DNA of 64,000 bases from Candidatus Pacebacteria bacterium GW2011_GWA1_46_10 (GTDB taxonomy: Bacteria > Patescibacteriota > Microgenomatia > UBA1400 > PJMF01). The position numbers were made by a program, and so were the translations under genes. Shown piece after piece: positions 26,591 to 34,354 of this stretch (positions within the stretch are counted from its first letter, which is position 1; each line of letters begins with the position of its first letter). Under the pieces are notes generated by a model. That model did no database searches, was not told the DNA's origin, and saw nothing but the letters and a program-made list of their open reading frames with translations. The stretch covers positions 485,368 to 549,367 of the forward strand of contig LCLP01000001.1 of the NCBI GenBank assembly GCA_001002135.1, read 5' to 3'.

Positions 26591-27715
26591 ATGGCAACCC
26601 AAGGCCTAGTCGTTTACGCATTCTCTGGTGATCCAATTACCTATGGTCACCTTGATCTCATCAAGCGCGCTCAACAGTTATTTCCCAAAATCATCGTCGC
26701 CATCGGCACCAATCCCGATAAAAACTATACCTTTACTCACCGAGAAAGAACGCGACTGGCTCAACAAGCCCTCGCACACCTCAGGGATGTTACAGTCGAA
26801 GGGTTTGAGGGGTTGATAGTGGATTTTGCCTACGAACAAGGCGCTCAAGCCATTATTAAAGGAGTTCGTGATCCACAAGACTTTCAATATGAACAAACCT
26901 TAAACAGCATCAGCCAAAGCCAACACCACGGCATCGAGACCGTCATTCTCTTTGCTAAACCAGAGTTGGCTCACGTTAGTTCCAGTGCGGTCAAGGCTCT
27001 GCAAACTTCTCAAGGCTTAGTGCACGACTATGTCCCGCTTAATGTTAAAGTGGCGCTCGAAAAAAAACTGTCACACCAAGTATTAATTGGTATCACCGGC
27101 GAAATCGCCAGTGGTAAAAGTTATGTGGCAGAACAACTGGTGATCTGGGGCCAGGCGCAAGGGCAAATCATTCACAATATCGAGTTAGATCACTTGGCAC
27201 ACCAAATTCAAAGTGAGCGAAAAGAGCCACAGTACCAAGCAATCAGAAGTGAAATCGTCAAAAACTTCGGTAAAAGCGTGCAAAACAACGATGGCACTAT
27301 CAACCGCAAAGCGTTGGGCGAAAAAGTTTTTGCCGACCCCCAAAAATTGGCACTGCTCAATCAAATCATGTGGCCGCCAGTATTGGTGCGACTGCGCCGA
27401 GAACTGCGTAATAAACCAGGGATTGTGTTCATTAACAGTGCGCTCCTGGCCGAAGCTGACTTGATGCCGGTCTGTAACAACCGAGTAATCGTGATATCAA
27501 GCACCCAATCAGCCCAAAAAAAACGCTTGCAGGAACGCGGCTTTTCTGATGAACAAATTAACCGTCGTCTCAAATCACAATTTTCAACCAAGAAAAAGCT
27601 TGATTTGATTCAGCAGTCGATCAACCAGTATCACTTTGGTACAATTTGGCAGGTGGGGGATCAGACTGATCTTACTCAGTTCGCCAAAACTTTTTTTAAG
27701 GAAATCACCTCATAA
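26591..27715 (+). CDS. coaDE: bifunctional phosphopantetheine adenylyltransferase / dephospho-CoA kinase (CoaD-CoaE fusion)
   Basis: N-terminal half VVYAFSGDPITYGHLDLI (CoaD H/TxGH nucleotidyltransferase motif) plus ...SSAVKAL; C-terminal half IGITGEIASGKSYVAEQL (CoaE P-loop) plus ...LLNQIMWPPVL...RVIVISSTQSAQKKRLQERGFSDEQ (CoaE lid/C-terminal blocks). Confidence 0.85.
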   Translation: MATQGLVVYAFSGDPITYGHLDLIKRAQQLFPKIIVAIGTNPDKNYTFTHRERTRLAQQALAHLRDVTVEGFEGLIVDFAYEQGAQAIIKGVRDPQDFQYEQTLNSISQSQHHGIETVILFAKPELAHVSSSAVKALQTSQGLVHDYVPLNVKVALEKKLSHQVLIGITGEIASGKSYVAEQLVIWGQAQGQIIHNIELDHLAHQIQSERKEPQYQAIRSEIVKNFGKSVQNNDGTINRKALGEKVFADPQKLALLNQIMWPPVLVRLRRELRNKPGIVFINSALLAEADLMPVCNNRVIVISSTQSAQKKRLQERGFSDEQINRRLKSQFSTKKKLDLIQQSINQYHFGTIWQVGDQTDLTQFAKTFFKEITS

Positions 27716-27719
27716 AAAA

Positions 27720-27878
27720 ATGACCGACAATCAATACCAACAAACTCTCCAGCGCAATAAGATGATTGCCCAAACTTCGGAACGGGCGGCCACGTACATC
27801 GTTCGCTTCGCCGTCGATGCTTTCCGAGCCGTCGTTAAATTTATCCAAGAACTGGTTGCCCAAGCCTTGGGAAAATAA
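27720..27878 (+). CDS. small hypothetical protein (52 aa, helical)
   Basis: ATG 27720 five nt after the coaDE stop; MTDNQYQQTLQRNKMIAQTSERAATYIVRFAVDAFRAVVKFIQELVAQALGK; no family recognised. Confidence 0.25.
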   Translation: MTDNQYQQTLQRNKMIAQTSERAATYIVRFAVDAFRAVVKFIQELVAQALGK

Positions 27879-27903
27879 TCTACCTTTATTAAATACTAAA
27901 AAG

Positions 27904-27976
27904 TGCCAAGCTGAAGAATCGAACTTCAATCTCATGTTTTTCAGACATGCGCCGTGACCACCTTGGCTAGCTTGGC
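27904..27976 (-). tRNA. tRNA-Phe (anticodon GAA)
   Basis: acceptor GCCAAGC/GCTTGGC, anticodon loop CUGAAAA, T-loop TTCGATTC. Confidence 0.85.
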
Positions 27977-28006
27977 ATCCTCAAACGTCTGGTTTTCAAA
28001 AAACCG

Positions 28007-28080
28007 TGGACTCGAGAGGGCTCGAACCTCTGACCTTCCGGATGTAAACCGGACGCTCTAACCAACTGAGCTACGAGTCC
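28007..28080 (-). tRNA. tRNA-Val (anticodon UAC)
   Basis: acceptor GGACTCG/CGAGTCC, D-arm GCTCAGTTGGTTAGAGC, anticodon loop UUUACAU, T-loop GGTTCGAGCCC. Confidence 0.9.
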
Positions 28081-28098
28081 GCATCAAGTCACTTTCCG

Positions 28099-28180
28099 TG
28101 CCCAGGAGAGGAGTTGAACCTCCAAGGATTGCTCCACAGCCACCTCAAGACTGCGCGTCTACCAGTTTCGCCACCTGGGC
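28099..28180 (-). tRNA. tRNA-Leu (anticodon GAG), class II with long variable arm
   Basis: acceptor GCCCAGG/CCTGGGC, anticodon loop UUGAGGU, long variable arm, T-loop GGTTCAACTCC. Confidence 0.85.
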
Positions 28181-28204
28181 ATTCAGCCTCTCCATGAGAG
28201 TGTG

Positions 28205-28278
28205 AGCGAGAAACGGGACTTGAACCCGCGACCTTCTCCTTGGCAAGGAGACGCTCTAGCCAACTGAGCTATTCTCGC
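28205..28278 (-). tRNA. tRNA-Gly (anticodon GCC)
   Basis: acceptor GCGAGAA/TTCTCGC, anticodon loop UUGCCAA, T-loop GGTTCAAGTCC. Confidence 0.9.
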
Positions 28279-28348
28279 GCTAGACAGTCAATTATATCGT
28301 AAAAAAACTAACTATTAACTTTTAGCTTTTCACTGTCAACTATCCTTG

Positions 28349-28431
28349 TGCCAGAGGAGGGAGTCGAACCCTCACACCCTTGCGAGCACTAGTTCCTGAA
28401 ACTAGCCTGTCTACCATTCCAGCACTCTGGC
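28349..28431 (-). tRNA. tRNA-Leu (anticodon CAG), class II
   Basis: acceptor GCCAGAG/CTCTGGC, anticodon loop UUCAGGA, long variable arm, T-loop GGTTCGACTCC; TATAAT -10 at 28443-28448 on the minus strand. Confidence 0.88.
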
Positions 28432-28460
28432 GTGAGTGAAATATTATATCAGGGGAATTG

Positions 28461-29180
28461 TCAAGGAAGTAAGGTGGCCCTTAACCGCTGGAAAGCCGGA
28501 AACTTGCGGCGAAAGGCCATCATAATCACATCAGTGGCTTCATTAATCGAATAATGGGTGGTATTAAGGGTAATATCGTACGCGTTGCGGCTGTTGAGAT
28601 CTTTTTTGAAGTATGTCTTCACAAAGTCGTCTCGTTCTTTCTCTACTTGAGCTATCACTTCCTGAGCTGTTTCTTCATCAAAGCCTTCATACTGCATGGC
28701 CCGCTGCACCCGCACGTCATAGGGAGCAACAATATTGACGTGTAAACCTCTGGCAAAAGGCGTAATAAAGTTGGCCCCACGCCCCAAAATGACACAGTTG
28801 CCTTGGTGAGCAAAGTTCAAAACCACTCGACTTAACGCCCTTGCGTATCTACTTTCCTCAACGTATTCCGGATTCAAAACCGAGTGAATAATATTGTCTA
28901 CATAGGTACGACCCTTTTCGTCAATTTCCTTGATAGCTGCTTTGTGCTTTTTGGTTGATTTGGCCAACTCATCAACAATCGCCTCGTCATGTAAGGTGAA
29001 ACTCAATCTTGTTGCTAAACGCCGAGCAATCGGGGCGCCACCACTGCCTGGTTCACGAGCCACGGTAATAAACGGCCGTTCAAAAAAATGCTCTTCCTTG
29101 GGGACTTGCTTTTCCAAAGTATCCCTGATCTTCAAGGTCGAAACAATCCGGTTAATCAGCGGATAGTAGTCAATTGGCAT
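28461..29180 (-). CDS. cytidylate-kinase-like family P-loop protein
   Basis: ITVAREPGSGGAPIARRLATRL P-loop context resembling the CMP kinase N-terminus; about 240 aa; start at ATG 29180 (MPIDYY...) preceded by GAAGGAG. Confidence 0.6.
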   Translation of the reverse strand: MPIDYYPLINRIVSTLKIRDTLEKQVPKEEHFFERPFITVAREPGSGGAPIARRLATRLSFTLHDEAIVDELAKSTKKHKAAIKEIDEKGRTYVDNIIHSVLNPEYVEESRYARALSRVVLNFAHQGNCVILGRGANFITPFARGLHVNIVAPYDVRVQRAMQYEGFDEETAQEVIAQVEKERDDFVKTYFKKDLNSRNAYDITLNTTHYSINEATDVIMMAFRRKFPAFQRLRATLLP

Positions 29181-29277
29181 ACAGGGTGAAGTATAGCGCA
29201 CTCCTTCTCATTTTTTAATGTTAAATTCGGGAAATGTTAGTAATTCCAGGCAGGCAGTAATGTTATAATCTGGGTGC

Positions 29278-29351
29278 TGCCTCAGTAGCTCAGTGGATTA
29301 GAGCGCAGGTCTTCGGAACCTGGCGTCGGGGGTTCGAATCCCTCCTGAGGC
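29278..29351 (+). tRNA. tRNA-Arg (anticodon UCG)
   Basis: acceptor GCCTCAG/CTGAGGC, anticodon loop CUUCGGA, T-loop GGTTCGAATCC; TATAAT at 29263-29268. Confidence 0.9.
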
Positions 29352-29358
29352 ACAACAA

Positions 29359-30216
29359 CTATCGCCTCTTTTTCATTCTATATAACAGTTTATCTACATC
29401 TTTTTCCATGTTTCGAACAGTCAATTCGCCGATCATTTTACTAGCCACAATTAGCCCCGAACTCGCAGATAAATCAAACATCAGGGATCCTGTATCTCGT
29501 TGATTTTTCGTGTTTCTATTAAGTTGTTCAAGATTTTTAAACACTCGGTTAACAATAGTTTGAGCCACTGTTTCATTTACCGGCAGTAAAAGAGTAAACT
29601 CATCTCCTCCCCAACGATAGGCCAAGTCTCCCACGTCGGCGCGAATACTGTTCGTCAAAACTTTGGCAAAGTATCTTAATACATCATCACCAACAGGATG
29701 GCCGTATGTATCATTAACTGTTTTAAGTCCGTCCACATCAAATAACACTAGGCAAAAATCTTTCCTTTCCATTTCATATCTGTTGATAAAAACCTGAAGG
29801 TCTTGATTAAATTTCCGACGATTAAAAAGACCAGTTAAAACATCTCTCACTGCTGCTGCTTCTGCTGCCACTGCTCGGTTCTCTGTTTCATTAAGTTGCT
29901 TGATAATTTCAGTCATCCCTAGCAAAAATTCATCTCCAATTTCTGGTTGATGTTGGCGGTAATAATCAAGCCATAGTTCTCTAAGGTTTTTAGTGTGATC
30001 TTCAGCTTGGATATTTTTCCATAACTGCTTGAGCGCTGCCAAAAGTCCAATCCGAAAAAAGTCAGCCTCCTTTGTTCTGCCTTGATCCTCCAACTTCTGC
30101 ATAATACCCAATATCGTGGAACGAAATCCCTCATTTTCCTGAGAAAGTGTCGAACGATCACCTTGTTCTATTTTGTCAGGCTGGAACACTGCTTTTTCCC
30201 TATCCAGATCACTCAT
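29359..30216 (-). CDS. GGDEF-domain diguanylate cyclase with about 115-aa N-terminal helical domain of unknown function
   Basis: VLTGLFNRRKF...DVDGLKTVNDTYGHPVGDDVL...RWGGDEFTLLLP (intact GGDEF active site). Confidence 0.85.
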   Translation of the reverse strand: MSDLDREKAVFQPDKIEQGDRSTLSQENEGFRSTILGIMQKLEDQGRTKEADFFRIGLLAALKQLWKNIQAEDHTKNLRELWLDYYRQHQPEIGDEFLLGMTEIIKQLNETENRAVAAEAAAVRDVLTGLFNRRKFNQDLQVFINRYEMERKDFCLVLFDVDGLKTVNDTYGHPVGDDVLRYFAKVLTNSIRADVGDLAYRWGGDEFTLLLPVNETVAQTIVNRVFKNLEQLNRNTKNQRDTGSLMFDLSASSGLIVASKMIGELTVRNMEKDVDKLLYRMKKRR

Positions 30217-30309
30217 AACTATTTATTTTATAATAAGCTACCTTTTTTAAACACCGTCGCAGATTTGCTAGCAATCTCTCGGGAAAAAAAGTACAATACT
30301 TCCGTTCAC

Positions 30310-30386
30310 GGGCCAGTAGCTCAGTCGGTTAGAGCACCTGCCTCTTAAGCAGGGTGTCCTGGGTTCGAGTCCCAGCTGGCTCACCA
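30310..30386 (+). tRNA. tRNA-Lys (anticodon CUU), CCA encoded
   Basis: acceptor GGGCCAG/CTGGCTC, anticodon loop CUCUUAA, T-loop GGTTCGAGTCC, 3' ACCA present in the DNA. Confidence 0.9.
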
Positions 30387-31535
30387 TTGCCTGATGTTCA
30401 TCAGTGATTGTTTGGAGTGTGTGGTTTGGATCACGTGATAATGAGACATAATGTGCCGCATCGCCATAATCATTTGACTAACTGCGTCTTTCTCAGTTCT
30501 AAATGATTTAACTTCAATAACGGTATATGGATTTTGTCCATTCTCTACCTGATCAGTGGAAATCAGCATTTTCTTCGGAATATGTGCATAGGCTCTGGTG
30601 ACTGTGACTTCTTGCTTTTCGCTGGATAAAGTCATTTCTTGAAGATACTGACGAGACTCATCATCAAGCACGCGTTGAAATTTATCTCTGGCAACGGGGA
30701 AATAATTGTACTGTTCCGGTTTGCGGCGCTTTAGTTCAGAAGCGCGATTGTAAATCAACTGAATTTCCTCTGGCCCAACTGCTTCCCCATTTTCAAATCT
30801 TTTTCGCAACCTCAGTTGTGGTTGCCGACCATTATAATATTTGAGCGAAGGCTGAAAATATATGTCGTGGTAAGTCCCAGTGTGAATTTCGCCCAATTGA
30901 AAATAATCGGCCAACTCCGCCAAAATATGTTCTGAGTTTATTTCCTTGACAATAAAACGCGATTCCAACTGTTTTTCTAGGGAAAACCCGCGCCGCATCA
31001 ATCGATGAGTTTGCATTTTATAGAGTGCTTCCTTCAGTGAAACTTCAGCAGCCGAAACACCGCCAACTGAAATCATGAAAGCAATAACCGATAGCATCCA
31101 AGCGGGCGTTTCCGGAAATTGCTTTAACTCAAGGAGTAATAAACCCATATACAATGGATCAGCGGCCACTAAATCCTTTAGAAAATTCGGGAAACCAGTT
31201 CGTAGCGCATCGGTCACATACTCGTTTTTCTTTTTTCGCTCAACCGGTGGTGTAGTTCGGTAGACGTCAAAGGCTTTTTTGGAAGAGGCAGTAAAAAAAC
31301 CGATCTTTTCCAACACTGGTCCCACCAATGATATAAAAACGCTGTTGTCAGAGACCATCGATAGAGCAAAAACGCCAGCCGTATTAATCCCCAGAGCCAC
31401 TAATTCATCCCTGCCAAAATCTCGTAAAATTTGCCAAAATGGACTCTCAGGTAACAGGATTGGTTGTTCGTTTAATGTTTGCGCCACTAAATTTTCATTG
31501 GTGCGTACAGTAGTTTCCTCAGTCATACCTAACAA
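30381..31535 (-). CDS. membrane protein with C-terminal CYTH-like (triphosphate-tunnel) domain, tentative
   Basis: N-terminal half with 3-4 TM helices; C-terminal half FIVKEINSEH...RLRKRFENGE...YTVIEVKSF is compatible with CYTH/CyaB-type motifs but not certain; stop codon overlaps the 3' end of tRNA-Lys by 6 nt. Confidence 0.4.
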   Translation of the reverse strand: MLGMTEETTVRTNENLVAQTLNEQPILLPESPFWQILRDFGRDELVALGINTAGVFALSMVSDNSVFISLVGPVLEKIGFFTASSKKAFDVYRTTPPVERKKKNEYVTDALRTGFPNFLKDLVAADPLYMGLLLLELKQFPETPAWMLSVIAFMISVGGVSAAEVSLKEALYKMQTHRLMRRGFSLEKQLESRFIVKEINSEHILAELADYFQLGEIHTGTYHDIYFQPSLKYYNGRQPQLRLRKRFENGEAVGPEEIQLIYNRASELKRRKPEQYNYFPVARDKFQRVLDDESRQYLQEMTLSSEKQEVTVTRAYAHIPKKMLISTDQVENGQNPYTVIEVKSFRTEKDAVSQMIMAMRHIMSHYHVIQTTHSKQSLMNIRQW

Positions 31536-31555
31536 GATTGTAACAAATAGTACGC

Positions 31556-31561
31556 TATAAT
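31556..31561 (+). promoter_or_regulatory. -10 box TATAAT 7 nt upstream of prs ATG (leaderless-type promoter)
   Basis: gtacgcTATAATgactgtcATGaaa. Confidence 0.5.
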
Positions 31562-31568
31562 GACTGTC

Positions 31569-32453
31569 ATGAAAATCGTGGCAGGTTCATCAAATCACGA
31601 CCTGGCAATTAAACTGGCCAAACAACTCAAAACCGAATTGATTCCCTGTAAAATCGATAAATTTGCTAACGGCGAGAAACGGATTCAAGTTGATCGGTCT
31701 GCCAAAGGGCAAGAGATTCTCCTGGTTCAATCATTTTCCAATCCGGTTGATGAACATATTATTGAAACCTTGCTCATTGCTGATGCGCTGGAGCGGCTTG
31801 GCGCCCGCAGTGTGGAACTGTTTGTGCCATGGTTTGGCTATTCATTCCAAGACAAAGTTTTTTTACCAGGGGAGCCACTGTCTGCTAAAGCCATTGCCCG
31901 CGCAGTAGAGAGTACGGCTATCAGAAAAGTCTATTTGCTTGATTTACACAACATTAGTATTCCGGGGTTTTTTTCAATTCCCACCTATCACTTAAGCGCC
32001 ATTGATGTATTTGTACATTACAGCCAGGAACACTTTGACTTTAATCAAGCCATTGTCGTCAGTCCAGACTTTGGCGGCTTAAAACGGGCAAAGACTTTTG
32101 CCGACGAGCTTGGTCTTGATCTCGCCAGTGTCGAAAAACACCGCAACTTGAAAACCGGCGAAATCACAACCAGCAAACTTGATGGCAATGTCAAAGGTAA
32201 AATTGCGCTGATTTTTGACGATGCCATTCTTTCCGGCAGTACAACTATCGAGGTATCCAAGTTGCTCAAACAGCAAGGCGCCAAGCAAGTCCATTTCTTT
32301 GCCACTCATGGCGTGTTCACCGGTACGGCCCTAAAAGATCTGCAGCAATCCGGAGTAAATAGCGTGGTGGTGACTAATTCCATCGCCCAAGCAAAACTAC
32401 CGTCCAAAATCAAGATGCTGGATATTTCACCTATCCTGGTAGAAAATATCTAA
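31569..32453 (+). CDS. prs: ribose-phosphate pyrophosphokinase (PRPP synthetase)
   Basis: MKIVAGSSNHDLAIKLAKQL... Prs N-terminus, PRPP-binding loop DDAILSGSTT; start at 31569 rather than 31560, which overlaps the -10 box. Confidence 0.9.
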   Translation: MKIVAGSSNHDLAIKLAKQLKTELIPCKIDKFANGEKRIQVDRSAKGQEILLVQSFSNPVDEHIIETLLIADALERLGARSVELFVPWFGYSFQDKVFLPGEPLSAKAIARAVESTAIRKVYLLDLHNISIPGFFSIPTYHLSAIDVFVHYSQEHFDFNQAIVVSPDFGGLKRAKTFADELGLDLASVEKHRNLKTGEITTSKLDGNVKGKIALIFDDAILSGSTTIEVSKLLKQQGAKQVHFFATHGVFTGTALKDLQQSGVNSVVVTNSIAQAKLPSKIKMLDISPILVENI

Positions 32454-32496
32454 GGATAGATCTATAATCGCCCTTTCCTCATCAAAAAGGAATGAT

Positions 32497-34302
32497 ATGA
32501 ATCAAACGCAACTGCGTAATATCGCTATTATCGCCCATGTCGACCACGGCAAAACCACGCTCGTGGATGCGATGTTGAAGCAAACCAAAACCTTTGCCAC
32601 TCATCAAAAGGAGAATCAGGCGACGACCATTATGGATTCCAACGAACTGGAACGGGAAAAAGGCGTGACGATTTTGTCTAAAAACACCGCCGTCTTTTGG
32701 CGCGATTACAAAATTAATATTCTGGATACTCCGGGTCACGCGGACTTCTCCGGTGAAGTCGAGCGAGTGCTGAATATGGCTGATGGTTGTATTCTTTTGG
32801 TTGACGCCGCGGAAGGCGTCTTATCGCAAACCCGGTTTGTGTTGCGGCTGGCGCTTGAACTCGGCTTAATTCCAATTGTGCTGATTAATAAAGTGGATCG
32901 CAAAGATCAGCAAGTAAAACTAGTTGAAAAAGAAATTGGTGATTTGTTTTTGGAACTGGCTACTCAAGATTGGCAGTTGAATTTCCCAATTCTTTACGGT
33001 CGTGGCATTGAAGGCATTGTCGGCACACAACTGGCTGAAAACAAAGATTATTCCCAGACCATTATTAACAGCACTAATTTAGATCCGCTGTTTCAAACCA
33101 TCGTCGAAACAATTCCCGCGCCAGACGGTGATTCAGCTGCACCGCTCCAACTACAAGTCAATTCACTGGATTGGGACCAACATAAAGGGCGCATTGCTAT
33201 TGGCCGGATTTTCCAAGGCACGATAAAAAAAGGTCAAACGATTAAACTCCTTCATACCAACGGTAAAGAAACGAAAGGCACTATTGTTTATCTTTATAAC
33301 CATTTCGGACTAGACCGGAAAGAAGTTGGTGAAGCGAGCGCCGGTGAGATTGTGGCCGTAGCTGGTTTGGCTGACACTGGCATTGGCGATACCATTGCCG
33401 ACCCCGAACACCCAGTAGCTCTGCCAGCGATTATCATCACCGAACCAACGGTCAAAATACAACTGATGATCAATACCTCACCGTTTTCCGGGCAAGAAGC
33501 CGAATTTTCCACCGCCAGACAATTGCGCAGTCGTTTGGATAAAGAACTGGAAACCAACGTCGGCTTACGTCTTCTGCTGGGAACTTCCAGTGAAAGCATG
33601 ACGATCGTCGGGCGGGGAGAACTTCATTTGGCTATTCTGATTGAAACCATGCGCCGCGAGGGATATGAGTTCGCCTTGTCCAGACCAGAAGTGGTGTTAA
33701 AAGAGCAAGCCGGACAAACCACTGAACCTTGGGAATACGTCACCATTGACGTGCCAGAAAAACACACCGGTACGATCACCGCTGGCATGGCTCGGCGCCG
33801 GGGACAGTTGAAAAACATGCGTCAGACTAAGGTTGGCGTACGGTTTGAATACGAAATCTCGACCGCCAATCTCATCGGCTATCGCAACGAACTGCTCACC
33901 GCCACTTCCGGCGAAGGTGTGGTGCACAACATCTTTTTGGAATACCGACCGCTGTCGGAGCAAGCGGAATTTCACCGCGGCGGTGCGATGATTGCCCATG
34001 AAACCGGTATAGTTACTGCTTACGCCTTGGAGAAAGCGCAGCAGCGCGGCACGCTGTTCGTCGATCCAGGTGATAAAGTCTACGCTAGCCAGGTGGTTGG
34101 TATCCAGAAACGACCAGAGGATATGACGATGAATGTGGTCAAAGGTAAAAAACTGACTAACTTCCGAGCCGCTAGTGCTGATACGCTGATTGTCCTGGCC
34201 CCAGGCTGGAAACCATCACTGGAACAGTTTCTGACTTTAATCGGCGAGCATGAAGTATTGGAAGTGACGCCAAAGAGTTTACGCTTGAGAAGCCTTTCAT
34301 AA
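32497..34302 (+). CDS. typA: translational GTPase TypA/BipA
   Basis: IRNIAIIAHVDHGKTTLVD G1, DTPGHADF G3, NKVD G4; 601 aa with BipA-type C-terminal domain. Confidence 0.93.
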   Translation: MNQTQLRNIAIIAHVDHGKTTLVDAMLKQTKTFATHQKENQATTIMDSNELEREKGVTILSKNTAVFWRDYKINILDTPGHADFSGEVERVLNMADGCILLVDAAEGVLSQTRFVLRLALELGLIPIVLINKVDRKDQQVKLVEKEIGDLFLELATQDWQLNFPILYGRGIEGIVGTQLAENKDYSQTIINSTNLDPLFQTIVETIPAPDGDSAAPLQLQVNSLDWDQHKGRIAIGRIFQGTIKKGQTIKLLHTNGKETKGTIVYLYNHFGLDRKEVGEASAGEIVAVAGLADTGIGDTIADPEHPVALPAIIITEPTVKIQLMINTSPFSGQEAEFSTARQLRSRLDKELETNVGLRLLLGTSSESMTIVGRGELHLAILIETMRREGYEFALSRPEVVLKEQAGQTTEPWEYVTIDVPEKHTGTITAGMARRRGQLKNMRQTKVGVRFEYEISTANLIGYRNELLTATSGEGVVHNIFLEYRPLSEQAEFHRGGAMIAHETGIVTAYALEKAQQRGTLFVDPGDKVYASQVVGIQKRPEDMTMNVVKGKKLTNFRAASADTLIVLAPGWKPSLEQFLTLIGEHEVLEVTPKSLRLRSLS

Positions 34303-34354
34303 CTCATCCTCTCCCTAAATGAAGAGTTTTTTTGTATGATGATAGGAGAAAAGC

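Noticed and set aside
27904-31535. tRNA-flanked region as an integrated mobile element
   Set aside because: No integrase/recombinase, no direct repeat of a tRNA 3' end, and no obvious compositional shift visible by eye. Reported only as a gene-content observation.
34303-34354. T-box leaders upstream of the other aminoacyl-tRNA synthetase genes (proS, serS, lysK)
   Set aside because: Their upstream regions are only 25-75 nt and contain just a -10 box and an SD. There is no specifier hairpin or UGGN-bulge antiterminator.
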